Positions 48,601 through 63,950 of a stretch of 64,000 bases of DNA are shown here, piece after piece (position 1 is the stretch's first letter; the number at the start of each line of letters is the position of its first letter). A model generated the notes under the pieces. The model searched no databases, had not been told where the DNA came from, and was given only the letters and a program-made list of their open reading frames with translations. Origin of the DNA: Neocallimastix sp. 'constans' (taxonomy: Eukaryota); contig JBODTK010000001.1 in assembly GCA_050613775.1 (NCBI GenBank), positions 1,674,001-1,738,000 of the forward strand, in the 5' to 3' direction. The position numbers were made by a program, and so were the translations under genes.

Positions 48601-49154
48601 TCTTTCAAAATAATCTTTTATTATTCTATAAAATCTCATTAAAAAAATATAAATTGTATATATCTACATTTATATTTGATATTTTAAATAATATATGATT
48701 AATATTTAAATCTTTAATTATATTTTTAGTGAAATGATAGGGAAAGTGACAATAAACAATTCCAAAAAAAAAAAAAAAAAAAAATAAAAATAAAAAAAAA
48801 AAAAGTTAGCATAAAATTATTTATATATACTTATTCATTTGAAATTAAAATAATAATAATAATTATAATAATAATATAAATAATATAAATAATGATATAA
48901 ATAATTCATTATTATTAATAAAATAAGTCATCACTATATAATACTTCAAAAAAAATTAAAAAATTACAAATATATTTTTAATTTTTTTATTTCTATATTC
49001 CATAGCGATGCTTAGTTAAATTTTATTTAATTAAAATTTGTAAGATAACATTTATAAACTCATGGCAAATTTTTATATTAAAAATTTTTTTTTAAACTTT
49101 ATAAACTAATAAAGAATAATATTTTTATATCCAATTTGACGGGATATGATTATG

Positions 49155-49193
<39 letters not shown>

Positions 49194-52100
49194 TAATAAT
49201 AATAATAATAATGATAATAAATAAACATAGCTATGATAATAAAAAAAAAAAAGGTTCGAATTATAAAAATTACATAAACATAATAAAATAATGGATTATA
49301 AAAAAGTTTAAACCATAAAACAAATATAAAATTAATAATTATATAATCTTTAAGTCTACATAATTATATTTTTTAGTTATAACAGTTAATAATATTTATA
49401 ATTAAAAAAGTATTAATTATAATATTTTTAATCTAATAATTATTTTAGAAATAAAATAAAATAATATAATCAATAGTTATATATAAAAGATATATACTAT
49501 ATATTTTTGCTTTTAATTATATAAGAAATATAAATACGTAATAATATATATATAATTTTCATTTTTATTTTATACCTCGGATTTTATATACACACTTTTT
49601 TTTATTATTGAAAGATATTAGTTTATATAATATTATTTATTTATTTTTTTTATTATTTACTTTTTTAATTATTTTAAAAGTATTATGCATTGCAAATTAT
49701 ATGCTATTTTTATTTTTTTTTTTTTTTTTTTTTTTTCAATAATTTAATTATAATTAAATAATAATCAATTTTAATTTATAATAAATAAAATTTATATATA
49801 AAAATACAAATAATCCATTAATGTGAATTTGAATTTTATATAATTTATTATTATAATTTCTAATTTTTACTAATCATTATTGTGATACTTTATAATAATT
49901 AACTATTAAATTTAAGTTTTTTTTTTTTTTTTTTTTTGTAATATTTAATATTTTAAAAAGTTAAATTATACATTTAAGAAGAAGAAAAAAAAAAAAGGCC
50001 AATTAATAAATGCCTATTATAACTTAATATACTTGGTTAATGCCATGATACAAAAATATATTAATATGTAAATTAATTATACTATATATATATGCCTAAT
50101 TCTGTCAATTAAAATAAAATTAATATTTGAATTTTCATATATTACAATTAATTATATTTATATTAAATTTAAATTTATTTTATTTTTTTAAATAGTTCAT
50201 CCATATCAAATAAAATTAAAATTAAAAATTTAAAATTGAAATGGAAATTAAAAAAAAAAAAAAGTATTAAAATAAATATAAATAAAATTTGAGTATCATT
50301 TGAGATTTTATATATCAATCAATTACTACTGTATCATATATTAAATTTTATTATTGCTTATATTTTAATATATTTATAATAATATTATAATATATTAGTT
50401 TTCTTAACTTTTTTTTATTTTTAATTAAATTTAAATTCAATATCTTAATTACATTTAGTACATATATTGTAGGTGTATTGATATAATATATCAATATATA
50501 AATATTCTGTAGAATTAAATTTAATTATATACTAAAATATTCATTTTTTTAAATTTATTATATTTTATTTTACTTTATGTCAATGTTAATGTTAAAATAT
50601 AATTTACATTGTTATGAGATTACATAAATTAGAAAATTATAGTTTTAATGATAAAAGAAATAAGCAATTTAGATTTTATAATTTTAATTCTTAAAAGGAA
50701 TATATCACTGAAAATAATTAATATATTCTAATTACGCTAATTATAATTAAAATCTTGGAAATAAATTAATATAATACAATTATAATTTAGATATAATATA
50801 TATTATGATATTATATATAACAATTGATTAACTAATTATATCATTAAAAGTAATAAAAATGGAAAAGTAGAAGTAAAAAAGTTTAAAATATATATATATA
50901 CATCTTCTTAAATAATAATAATTCAAATATTATTATCAAATATTATTTCATTATTATTAAAAGAATGATTGATAGTATTTAGGAGTTAATATTAATATCG
51001 ATTATTATTTATGACAAGATTTTATTAATTCATTTTTTTATTACTTTCTAATAATTTTCTTTATTTATTTAATTATTCATTTATTTTAATTTTAATTTTT
51101 ATTTTTATACTTTTTTATAAATATTATAGACTTCATATAAATTTATAATTATTATTTAAAATTATTTAAAACCTATTTAATTAAATTATATTATTTATTA
51201 TTAATATTTGGATGAATTAATTAATTACAAATTAATAATTATTATTTATTAATTTAATATCATATTTTATTATTTCTTATTATTATAATTATTTCTTAAT
51301 AATTTCTATTTTTTAATATTTTATTATAATTATAATTATAATTAATAATTGTTTCAAAAATTAAAAAATTTTTTGTTAAAGTTAACTTTTTTTTTATTTT
51401 TATATTTTATTTTATTTTATTTTTTTTTTAATTTTAATTTTAATATAATCAATATTTATATTTCTTTTTTTATGTTATAAATATTAAATTTAAAAAAAAA
51501 AAAAATAAAAATAAAAAGAAAAAATAAAAAAATAATATTATATATATATTATTCTTTTTTTTTTTTTTTTTTCATTTTATTATTATTTAAGAAAGTAATA
51601 AAGGTAATAATTAAAAATCAAATGAAAAGTATTTCAATAAGAATTATATTATATAAAAGTTAATCTTATCTTCAAATAGAAGATTTATTAGATCTTATTA
51701 AATATCAAAGTTTACTTTTATTTTGTTTTAATTTTTTTTTCATTTCAAAACTTAAATAAAAATAATCAAAAGATTATAATATATATATATTATTTTTACT
51801 TTTATATATATATATATATATGAATATTATAAAAAAAAAAAAAAGGAAAAAAAAAAAAGGAAAATAAAAAAAAGAGCGAACCCAAATATATTTAATTTTA
51901 ATTTATATTTAAAAAACGAATAGGAAAATATACTTTTTGTTATAAAAAAATATCTGAAAGATATATTTAATTATATATATATAAATGAATATTAACAACT
52001 TATAAAAATATAAAAATATATAAAACTAACATACCATTATTTTTTATTTGTATACATTTAAATTGCAAAAAATAGAAAATTTTCAAAAATAAACTATCAA

Positions 52101-52611
52101 AAAGAAAAAAAGAAAAATAATAATAATATTGTAAAGCGAATTCATAATTTTGTTAATAGTTTTTCGAATGTCATAATCTAATTAATGAAAATTATCTTTT
52201 TATTTTAATTAAAAAAAATTATGAAATACAGAATATAATATAGAAACATAAATATATAATTATTTAACATCATAATTTATTATATCAAACTATATTTAAT
52301 TAATATATAAATATTGAGTACAAATCAAATAATAATAAATAGATAAAAGTACAAATAGTTTAAATCATCTAAAATATAAATATATATAGAAGTGTAACAT
52401 TTAATTTATTTATTATATTAATAAATTCTTTCATTTTAATTTATTTATTATATTAATAAATTCTTTCATTTTAAAAATAATAAAAAATCAACCTATATAT
52501 TACGATATAAATAAATAATATAGTATACCACAAGAAAATAAAAAATAAATAAAATAAAAAAAGAATAAAAAGCGAAAGTAAAATAAAATAAAAGTAAAAT
52601 AATAAAGTAAA

Positions 52612-53512
52612 ATGGAAAATCAAGAAAATAATAATGAACCAGAAAGTATTGTCAATAATGATGATAATTCAAGAAAAGATATAAATGAAAATTCATATTC
52701 AAATAAAATTCAATCTCAGGAGGAACAAGAAATTTTTTATTATGATGAGTTAGATCGTAAATGTACCTTAAAGAGAGGTGGTACTTCAGGTTCAAAAATT
52801 ATATTGTATAGAGCACGTACTCATTATAAAGGTAAAAGAATATTTGATATTGCAACAGCTTTGTTAGGTATTATCGGCATAATACTGTTAATTATATTTA
52901 TTATTATAAATGTCCGTAGAGGTTGGTCAAGATCTGATATCTATGATGTTAATTCCGGAAAAAGAGTTGGTAAAGATCTGTTTTTATTATTTGTTGTATC
53001 ATAATAATTAATATATATATATATATATTATTATTATTATTATTATTATTATAAAATTAAACCATATTTTTCATGTTTTTCTAATTATAAATATATATAT
53101 TCTTAATTTATTTTATTATATATATATTAATATTTAATATTATGGCTAATAATATATAATTAGCATTATTATTACAATCCATTTTCATTATTTTTATTTC
53201 AGGAATTGGTTTATTAGGATCATACACGTATTGGAAACCAATTATTTTAATGATTACATTACTTTCGGTTCTTGCTTTTATAAGTCATTGCTATGTTACT
53301 AAGCAATTTTTAGATATTAGACGTTTTGCAGAAAGAGATATGGCTATTCCATGGTGGGATACCTATAGTGATGAAACCATTATGGCTATTGAAGAGGAAG
53401 TAAGTAGATTATTTTTATTATGATAATCATAATCATAAAGACTAGGATTAAATATGCGATACTTTAAGAATTGATTAAATTTTATATTTATATTTATAAT
53501 AATTTATTAATA

Positions 53513-53550
<38 letters not shown>

Positions 53551-54337
53551 GTATTAGTTTAATTGTTGTGGTTATTTAAATTACAAAGATCATGGTTTTG
53601 CTTCCAAAAATTGTCCAAAGGATTTAGTTGTTTATACTGTTCCAGCAGATGTATATAAAGCAGCAAATGTTATAAAGAACGATACCTATAAAAGAAAGTA
53701 TTGGAAATCAAATAATGGAATAGCTGGTACCGGAACTACTGGTACAACTGATACTACTGGTACAACTGGTGCTGTTGGTACTGGTACTACTGATACTACT
53801 GGTACAACTGATACTACTGGTACAACTGGTGCTGTTGGTACTGGTACTACTGATACTACTAATACCACTGGTAATACTGGTGCAACTGGTGCTGACAACA
53901 CTACTAATACTGGTGCCGATAATACAGCAAATACTACTGGTGAAACAGGAAATACTGGTAATGACAATAATAACGATGAAGGTGGTGAAGATAATATGGA
54001 AAAAAGATCAATAAACATCCTTAATGATAATTTAAGTAATGAAATTATGGATAAAGTAGGAGAAGAACTTAAAAGTAGTATAAATAATGGTAAAGGAAAA
54101 ATATCAATGAATAGTACTAATAAAATAAAAAGACAAGGACCAGAAACAGAATCAACTACAACAGCTACTAATATTGAAGGTTGTCAAAAAGCCATTGCTG
54201 ATAAAGTTAAAAGTGGTATTACTCCACTCAGTATTATATTATTCATTTTCTTAATTGTATATGTTGTTATATTTGTTTCATCTTTCATTTACTGGTTAGA
54301 CTTACGTAATGAAAAAGAATATGATGAATTTAGTTAA
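52612..54337 (+). CDS. Tetraspanin-family protein; exons 52612-52969, 53164-53399, 53558-54337
   Basis: In-frame GT..AG splicing gives four hydrophobic segments, GIGLLGS in TM2, FNCCG in the large loop and EGC before TM4. Confidence 0.85.
53730..53965 (+). repeat. Gly/Thr-coding tandem repeat, including an exact 60-bp period, inside tetraspanin exon 3
   Basis: 53761-53800 is identical to 53821-53860. Confidence 0.9.
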
Positions 54338-54400
54338 ATGAAATAATATATATATTTTGTAATTAGACTTTTTTTTTATATATATATTATATATATATAG

Positions 54401-54438
<38 letters not shown>

Positions 54439-55208
54439 AAAAGAAAGAAAAGGAAAATTGATACTCAATTTTTTTTCTTTTTATTTTTTAAAAAAAAATA
54501 AATAAAGACTTATCTTTTTATAAATTTAATAAAATTATCTTTTAGAAAAAATTAATAATTAAATAGTAATAATATATAACTATAACTTTATATATAAACC
54601 TTTTATTATTATTCTATTTTTTCTTTATATATATATATATAATAAAATTAGTAAACAGTAAACGCATATTATCATAGAAGTAATAAGAAAAAAAATATAA
54701 TAATAAGTTATAAATGTTTAAAAAAAAAAAAAAAAAAAAAAAAAATCAATAAAATAAAATATATATATATAATAATTTTTTTTTTTTTTTTTTTTACATA
54801 ATTTATATATATATAATAAAATGAAAATTAATATATTATAAATTAAAATAAAATAGGGATTAAAGATATATCAAATCTAAAAGAATAATAATAATAATTA
54901 ACAATAGGTTCATTAGGAATAAAATAATAATTATCATTCTATTTATTAGGCTTTATATTATTTATAAATAATATAAAAACATATATTAATAGAAAACAAA
55001 ATAACAAAATAATATTATAAAAACAAATAATTATCCCAAAAAGATATTTATAAAAAAAAAATTCTACTTATTTATTTGATAAATAGATTTATTTCAAATA
55101 GTATTTATTTTAATTTTTTTTTTTTTATTTTAATGTTTTAACTCTTATTCTCTAACTTTATTAAATATTTCTATATTTGTCTAAAATTAAAATCAAATAA
55201 ATAAATAA

Positions 55209-55251
<43 letters not shown>

Positions 55252-55281
55252 TTATTTAAATATTTATATTTGTATTCTCTT

Positions 55282-55314
<33 letters not shown>

Positions 55315-55318
<4 letters not shown>

Positions 55319-55558
55319 TGGATTGAAAGGATTAAATATGGATTCAAAATTGTTCAAAATTCAAAATCTTATATTAAAAGTGTATATTTGTATGTTAGAT
55401 GAATAACATGTTTTCCCTTGTGGTAATGATAAGAACAGCTTACCTAGTTTTATACAATAAATATGTATATTTTTTTTTATATCCTAAAAATTTGAAAAGA
55501 ATTAAAGTTAACAATTCATTCATTCATTCATTTTTGTTGATGATATGATATCTTCCTA

Positions 55559-55601
<43 letters not shown>

Positions 55602-55650
55602 CTTAATGTCCATGATAAGAAATCATTGAAAAACATTTCCTAATGACATA
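55315..55650 (+). mobile_element. Old degenerate family D-like LINE fragment
   Basis: Patchy match to 14797-14832 and 16740-16910 (GGATTCAAA, CCCTTGTGGT, TACCTAGTTTTA, GAAATCATTGAA). Confidence 0.65.
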
Positions 55651-56619
55651 AAAAAATTGTTTTTTTTATATATTTTGATATATTTTATAATATTTTTTGA
55701 TATTTCTTCATCAATTTTAATAATATTTGTAATCTAAAAATTTTATGTTTAGATAAACTAAAAATATAAATATAAATTAAAGTTTAAAGTGAAATATTTA
55801 AGTAATAGAAATTCTAAAGTTTTATAAAACAATGAATATTGAAAAAGAAAAAAAAATACAAAATTATTATATTAAAGAATTAAAGAGTAAATCATGTAAC
55901 CCTGAAATATTATATATACTTCCTTTAAAGTGAATATATTTATATAAGCCTTTATATTTATATAAAAAAAAAAATAAAATATCATAAGTATGCAGTAGAT
56001 ATAAGTTTAATGAATAACCAATATTTTAAAATATATGATGATAAATAATATGATCAATTAATTGAAAAATTTGAAAAATATTAAAGTAAAAATGATGAAT
56101 ATAATAAAAATGAATATAGACAGTAAATAATATTAAATGAATATATTATAAAGAAGTTAATTAATGATAATAATAATTCAAAATATTTTGATACTTTTAG
56201 AAGAATATTCATATATTTCATTATATTGTTTATTAAAACATTATTATATTTCATATAAAATTTTTGATTATTTTAAATGTGAAACAATATATTATAATGT
56301 TTTTCTATTTATTACTTTTTATATTACATATTATTTAAAAGAAAATATTAATTTAAAGAATATCAGTAAATATATAGGTAATTATTATGTTTCTCCTCAT
56401 TTTAAAAGTAAATTTGGTAAAGATATTAAAGCTTTAAAATATATAATAATAATAAATATATGTAATAATATTAAATATTATTATTATTATGCTTTTTTCA
56501 CTTAAAACCCATTTACCTTACAAATTTACTAAAAAAAATTTCTTCAAAAATTTATAAACCTAATATTTTATTTTTTTGACATGATGAGCATGATGATAAT
56601 AATATGGAGTTTTTTTTTT

Positions 56620-59600
56620 TAATAGCATTTGCTGAGATTTCGAGTTAGAATTTATATAATCAAATGGTTCTATTAATCCTTTTTCGGATTAATTTGAACC
56701 CTCTCTATATGAATATAAAATTACTAATGATATAAATGATTTCATTATTATTAATTTCAAAAAATATAATTTAAGTGAAAATAAATTGAATGATAATCGC
56801 TAGGGAAATAATTATATTAAAAGTAAAGATTTATGGTTTAGAAACAAAGATTTATTTAATATTAATTTTGAATTAAAAAGATATTATTTAAAATATAATG
56901 CTCAATATAATTATTTTTATGAGGAAATAGATAAATTTTGTAAAATATTTAACGAAAACTATTTAAATGATGATGAATTATCGAAAATTATAATAATAAT
57001 AATCAATATGAAGACACAAATGAAATCCCTTATATGAATAATGGGCTTCATATGATAATTAGGATAAAAAGGATGGTAAAAATAAAAAATATGTATTAGT
57101 TAATAATGGAGATGATAATATTAATTTATATAATAATAATCAAACTCATTAAAAAAAGAATACTTTTTCTTACACTCATGCTCCAATTATGGTTGAATTT
57201 GCAGTTCAACAAGGAGCTAGATAAAGCAAGGAATTGAACTACATAGGAAAATATGTTCGTAAACAAGTTGCTAAAAACCTAGGGAAAAATCTATAAAAAC
57301 TGCTACAAAAGATTGTAGCTAAAAAACAGGAAAGAAAAGTAAAAGAAACAGATCAAAAAAAAAAAAAAAATTGATACGACATCTCAAGTAGGTCAAACTG
57401 CGGCATAATTGGTAGATGATGAAATATAGAACCAAAGAAATTATGATCTTACCAAAGAATGGAATAAAAATAATCAAAATTTTACAGAAACATGGAATTG
57501 GAAAAATTATTATCAAAATGATAGATAGAGTAAAAAAATATTATGATCTTACTAAAGAATGGAACTAAAAAAATTGTGATTAAAGGGAAAAAAGGAGTCA
57601 GAAAAATTTATGATCAAACTATCAAACTGAAAAATGGAGTCAAAAAAATTATAATCAAACTGAATACTGGAATACCGATAATTATCAACAAACTGATACT
57701 TGGAATTAGAAAAATTTTAATCAAACAGATTATTGGAATAAAAGAAATGAGCAAGCACAATATGATTTAGCTAATTTTAATTATCATATGAAGGTATACT
57801 TTACTGAAAGGGATGAATGTGCAAGTTTAGTTATTGGTTTAACTGGTACATGTAGTAATAGTCATGCAGATGTTAAAGGCTCATCAAATGGTGGTGCCAA
57901 AATTAATTTCAAAGAAAATTCAGAATATAATTCACATAGCATAATGGATCAAATTGAAACTACTAAAGGATATTCCAAAGCTTATACTTCATTAAAAGAA
58001 TATTTTAAAAGCAATACTATTTCAAATTTTTTATCTAATTTAATTTATAGAAATCAAATCTTTTATTTTAGAACTGATAGAAAAATATTTTAAAAAAATT
58101 AATTATGTAAATTATATGCATATAAATAATAGTAACATTTTTGTAGGAAAAATATAATAAATGAATATAAGTAATATATTCGTTACCAAAAACGTCAGCA
58201 TTGTACTGATAAGACAAGGAAGTAACTCAGCTATAGATTCGTTTGATAAATCTAATTTAAAATGAATTATCATTGCTGAATGGAAAGAATTGTAATATGA
58301 GGCCATTTTATTCTTTCTTTTATAATTATATTTTCTAATATTAATATAATTTTCATGTATTTTATAAATTTGGTTTATTTATAATTTTCATATAATTTAT
58401 GTTAAATATTATTAAATAAAGGTTTATTCTTTATTCTTTTTTTTTAAAAAAAAAAAATAAAAATAAAATAAAAAAAATAAAACTAAAATTATTTTATATG
58501 TTAAATCATTTTTTAAATAATTTTAATATAGTTATACATTTTATTTCTCTCGTTAAGTAAATGAAATATTGTTACCGTATTCCATAAATATCTATTATTT
58601 CATATTTCATTATTTATACATAAGTATGTAATAGTATATCAAATTATTGTTTTTTACTTTTTTTATTTAATATCTTATTTATGTTAGTAAAATATTATTT
58701 ATATTTTAATTCATATTAAATTTTTATTAATACTTCATAATCTATTTACAATGGAAATTATAATATTTAAAATTAAAAATAAAATGATTTTTTAAAATAA
58801 TTAATTCCATACAAATATATCACTTATATGTTGTTTGAATTATTTTATCATTTTTAATATTTTAAAATTACAGCAATACCTCAAATTTTTAAGAGGCATA
58901 GTGAAACAGTAGTCTGGATATATATTAAATATTAAGATAGCTGTTGATATGTTTCAGATTTTGTAGATAAACCAGTAATTTACGATATTTGTGATAATAG
59001 TAAAAATAGTAAATGGTATGTTGATGAAAATAATGATAGTATTTATTTTAAATCAGTTACTCATAATGAAATGTGTATATCAGCTATTAAAAATAAAATA
59101 GTATTAAGCAAATGTGATGAAAATTCTGTTATGAAATATATTGAAGCATCTAAATTTGTAAAAAGTAATAATATTTGTTTAAGTGTTGTTGGTGATGAAG
59201 GTGGTCCAGATTACTTAGCATTAAAAAGTTGTTACGGAAATAATAAAAAACTAATATTTGAAATATCAAATAGATCAAATAGAAATTCCAACAAAAAAGC
59301 TACTACAACCACCACCACTACTACTACTACTATTACAACTATTAGAACAACATCTGCTTCTACTACTACACAACGTGTACCTACTATAAATTATAAAGAC
59401 AAACCTAAATTTATATATAATTTCTTTACTAATAAATGTTTATTTTCACAAGCAAAATTAAATCAACTTTCTTTAATTAAAAGAATAATAAGTTTAAATG
59501 GATTTTATCACTTAGTCTTGAAGGTTATTTATTTTCATATGCTTATACAGATAGATGTTTAACTGTATCAAATAATACTAATAGTACTATTAAAGTGGAT

Positions 59601-60495
59601 ACTTGTAATAATGATATAAATACTTTTAAATATACTAGTGAAGGCATTATATATTCCTCTAATAATAATAATAAATGTTTAAGTTACTACTAAAGAAGAA
59701 AATGATAATATTTATTTAGATACTTGTTATGATTTTGATAATCAAATATGGTCTTTCTGGGATACAAATTCATATGATATTGTTAACGCTGAATACTCAA
59801 AATGTTTGGATATATAACCAGCATTTAAATAAATGTATGCATTCTAATTATAATAATAAACTTACCATTAGTGATTGTGATAATTCAAAAAATAGTATAT
59901 GGTAAATTTCAATATCTGGTGATTGTTTCTATAAATCATTATTATATACTTTATGTCTATAAGTTGGTAATATTAATAAAGGTACTATTGTTATGAATGA
60001 TCGTAATTATAATAGTGTTATATGATATTAATAATGCATATAACGGCAAAAGTATTACTTTTATGATTGTGATGATGAAATACATGAACATAAAATATGG
60101 ATAATATTAAATACTAAAAGCCTATTAATAAGATTACTACTACTACAACCACTACTACTACTAAGAATACTATGACCACTTCTAAAAAAACTACAACTAC
60201 AACTGCAACTACTGCCTCCAAACCAACACCTTCTACTCCATCTCTTTCAAGAAATGGAAAATGTGGTCCAAAAGCAGGTCCAAACGGAAAATGTTACAGT
60301 AAATACAGATATTGTGGAACAACTGAAGCTTATTGTGGTACAACATGTCAAGATGATTATGGAAGATGTAGCTATGGTATCAACTTTGATAAATGCTTAA
60401 ATCCAAAAAAATGTTGTATTCAATATGGCTATTGTGGAAATTCCTGAGATAAATATAAAACAGGATGTAAACCAAAATATGGTTTATGCAAATAA
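56620..60495 (+). pseudogene. Disrupted multidomain gene(s): Trp-periodic repeat region, ricin-B-like lectin repeats, Thr linkers and two CBM18 (hevein) domains
   Basis: CDNSKNSKWY, KCL..CYDFDNQIW, GKCGP..CYSKYRYCGTTEAYCGTTCQDDYGRC, KCCIQYGYCG; many stops and frameshifts, e.g. TGA at 60445. Whether the 5' and 3' parts were one gene is uncertain. Confidence 0.65.
58180..58480 (+). mobile_element. Degenerate 3' end of a related LINE
   Basis: CGTTACCAAAAACGTCAGCATTGTACTGATAAGACA..TATAGATTCG..GAATGGAAAG, then TTCATGTATTT, AATAAAG and an A-rich tail: the same order as in B and D. Confidence 0.7.
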
Positions 60496-60872
60496 AAATT
60501 TAATTAATTTATTAAATAAATTTTTAAATATTTATCCATTAAATTTTTATAAAAATATTCTATTATATAAAAAATTAATATGAATCTATTTATTAAAAGC
60601 AATGAATTCTAAAATTAAATATAAAACAAAAAAGAAAAAAAGAAAATATTAAAAAATAAAATATAATATAATATATAATAAATATATAAAATAAAAAACA
60701 ATTTATTCAATATAAATAATAATTATAGCAGTATTTTTGGACTATTACCTAGTAAATTTATATAAATATATTTAAAAAAGTCAAAATTAATAAATAAATA
60801 AATAAATAAATAAAAATGGGATATAAAAAAATTATAAAGATAAAATAAAAATAATAAAAAAAATAATTAATA

Positions 60873-60914
<42 letters not shown>

Positions 60915-60964
60915 TATTAAATACTAAAAAATAATAAAAGGTTTTTTAAAAATTTAAATTCACT

Positions 60965-61039
<75 letters not shown>

Positions 61040-62867
61040 ATTTATTTGGAATAAATATTTTATTTTAAAATAAAAAAAAATTAGTAATATCATAATATTA
61101 TTAATAATAATTATTTAAAATAAAAAACTTTTTTCTTAAAGATATTTATTATCTAAAATCTAAAATATTTATTTCCAATAAATATAGGCATTCCAAAAAA
61201 ATTTGAAAGCAGGTCAAAGAATATTTCAGAATATTCTTTCACTTGTGGTAAGAAAAAACTATCTATCGAACAAATATTCGAAGAAATTAGTTTCGCAAAT
61301 TTATCAAAAAAAAAAAAAAAACCCAGATCTTCAAAAATCATTTACTTAATACATTCATCAAAAATATTCCAGTTTTACCAATCAATTTGAGACCATCTTT
61401 CCTAGATTCTATCAAAATTACGATTTATAATAATGTAACAAGATTATATCAATGTTTACTAGATCTAAACTATCAATATCAAAATGGATATTTAATTAAA
61501 TTTATCTATACTTTACGTTCGTTTAACTTGTTCAAGATAATTTTAGGCATTCGTAGTAAAAACGATTCGATTGAAAATACTAATAAAAATTATATTAAAC
61601 GGATGTTATCAGGAAAAAAATGATATTTTCCGAAGTATGTGTTTAGCTAAGAGTCAAAACTTTTGTCTTTGAAGTGTTATTATACCAAATATTGATATCC
61701 CTTTAGATGTATTATTAATTCCTAAAGTTTTTACTGATTCCTTAATTTCCTATGGATATAAATACAATTGACTTTGTTATCATCAATGGACAACCTACAC
61801 TTCAAACTACCTCAATCTTAGCAGTTCATTCTCGTCCAAGCAACAGTCGAACCATTCAGATCCTCTGACTAATAAAAATGATTAATAAACTAATAGATAT
61901 TTCAATTATAAATAAAATTGAAAATAGAATAGAATAAATTAAATTAAATTAAATTAAAAATTAAAAAGAATTTTTAAAAGTTTTATTATCCCTAACACCT
62001 CTACTTTTTTTCATACTGATAATTAATATATTTGTTGAACAGAACACTAAATAAATAAAAAGAATTTCTTGACTTCCGAATATTAAATTGGTCATTAACT
62101 GTATGAAAAAAGGTAAAATGCAATTGTTGATCTACTTTTTAAGAACTAGCATGTCGAATACTTTCTCAATTATGGAGTATTAACACTCCTCTATAACTAT
62201 TTCATATCAACAGAAAGCTAATGCTTTGTTTTTTTTTTTTTTTATTTTGTTTTATGTTTTATATTTTTATGTACTTTTTTTTTATGTATTATTTTTTTAT
62301 GTACCGTTTCTTATATATTGATTTTATGAATGAAAATAATAATAATAATAATAATAAAATAATATTAATATGACATCATTCTTCAAGTGATATTTTTAAT
62401 GAATTTTCATTAATAAATAATTTTTTCTCTATTAAATTAAAAAAAAAAAAAAAAAATTCTAGTTATATGAGTTTGGTTGACAAAAAAATTTTTTTCTAAT
62501 CTATATTTTTTTCTTCTAAAAGCTCATAAATATTTTTCTTTTGGATATATTTTCAATTAAATTTTGAAATTCATTGTGAAGCTTATCAACATTTCGTCAT
62601 CACTAAAATTGTTCCTTAATCATAAAATTAAAAAATTAAAATGTAAAAAATTAAACTTTTAAAATAATAATAATAAAAGTAATAAAATAAATAATAAAAA
62701 TAATAATAATAATATTAGGATAAAATAACTTTACTGATTTAGCTTTTTCTTCTTATTTTTTTTATTTAATATTTCTTTAAAAATATATATATAATAACAA
62801 TAATATATCATTTTATCTTTCATTTTTCACTTTTCCTTAATATTTTAAAAAATTAATATTAAAGGTT

Positions 62868-62994
62868 TAAGTTATTTATTTATTTATTTATTTATTTATT
62901 ATTTATTTATTTATTTATCTATTTATCTATTTATCTATTTATTTATCTATTTATCTATTTATCTATTTATTTATCTATCTATCTATTTATCTAT

Positions 62995-63029
<35 letters not shown>

Positions 63030-63032
63030 TTT
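62868..63032. repeat. (TATT)n/(TATC)n microsatellite
   Basis: Directly visible. Confidence 0.9.
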
Positions 63033-63559
63033 TATACATATTTAATAATAACAAAAATTAATGATAAATTATTAAATATTAATTAATAATATTTAATTTA
63101 GAAATAATTAATAAATAAAAAAAGAATACTGCATATTAATTATAAAGATATTAAAAGAACAGAGCACAGAGTTTATATAACTAAACTATAGAAATATATT
63201 TCTATCGAAATTAATATCTAACTGGGCCTTTAATTTATTTATTTTTTTTTTTTTTTTTTTTTGAAATTATAATTATAATAAAAATAAATAGCTATATATG
63301 AAATAAATTCCTAACTTATTTAAGTAGAAACAAAAGAAAAGCAATTCTGAAATATAATATTAAATTTACTATATATAAAATAATTAATTGAATAATTACA
63401 TTTATATTATATTATATTATCAGAATTCAAATTAATTTAATTATGAAAAAAAAATTTTTTTTTTTTGATAATAGCAGAAAAAATATTTCCTAATATAAAT
63501 ATTAAATATTGTATTTACCACTATAAAAGAGTATTAGTGTTTAAAACAAAAATGAATTA

Positions 63560-63950
63560 TGTTATAATGAAGTAAAGTATTATATTATATATTAATTATA
63601 AAGTGATTTTGAACTTACCTTTTGTTGTAAATCCTGAATATATAATTGATATTTATAGTAAAATTAGATGTGAAACAAATAATATTGACCAATTTTTGAA
63701 ATTTTTTAGAATATTTTAAAAGAAATAACTATTTAAAAAATTATGAAAATTGGAATTATTATAGCAATATTGAACATAAAGAAAATAATGCATCAGAATC
63801 TTTCAATAATTATTTAAATAATTTATTTTCAAAAAAAGTTCTTTTATAAATTAATGTTAACATTATAAGAAGAAGAATCTTTATCATAAAATGATTACAA
63901 CAGGAAAAGTGTAGGAATTTGGAAAGAAAAAAAAAAAAATAGGAAAAACT
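63560..63950 (+). mobile_element. Degenerate Mutator/MULE-like transposase relic
   Basis: WNYYSNIEHKENNASESFNNYLNNLF resembles the W...TNNxxESFN motif around the catalytic Glu of MULE transposases; the frame is broken. Confidence 0.55.

Noticed and set aside
47195..50050. Three TGCCATG occurrences as regulatory sites
   Set aside because: Too short and dispersed to support without an enrichment test.
56164..56505. 113-aa Ile/Tyr/Asn-rich ORF
   Set aside because: Composition expected from AT-rich noncoding or decayed DNA; no motif.
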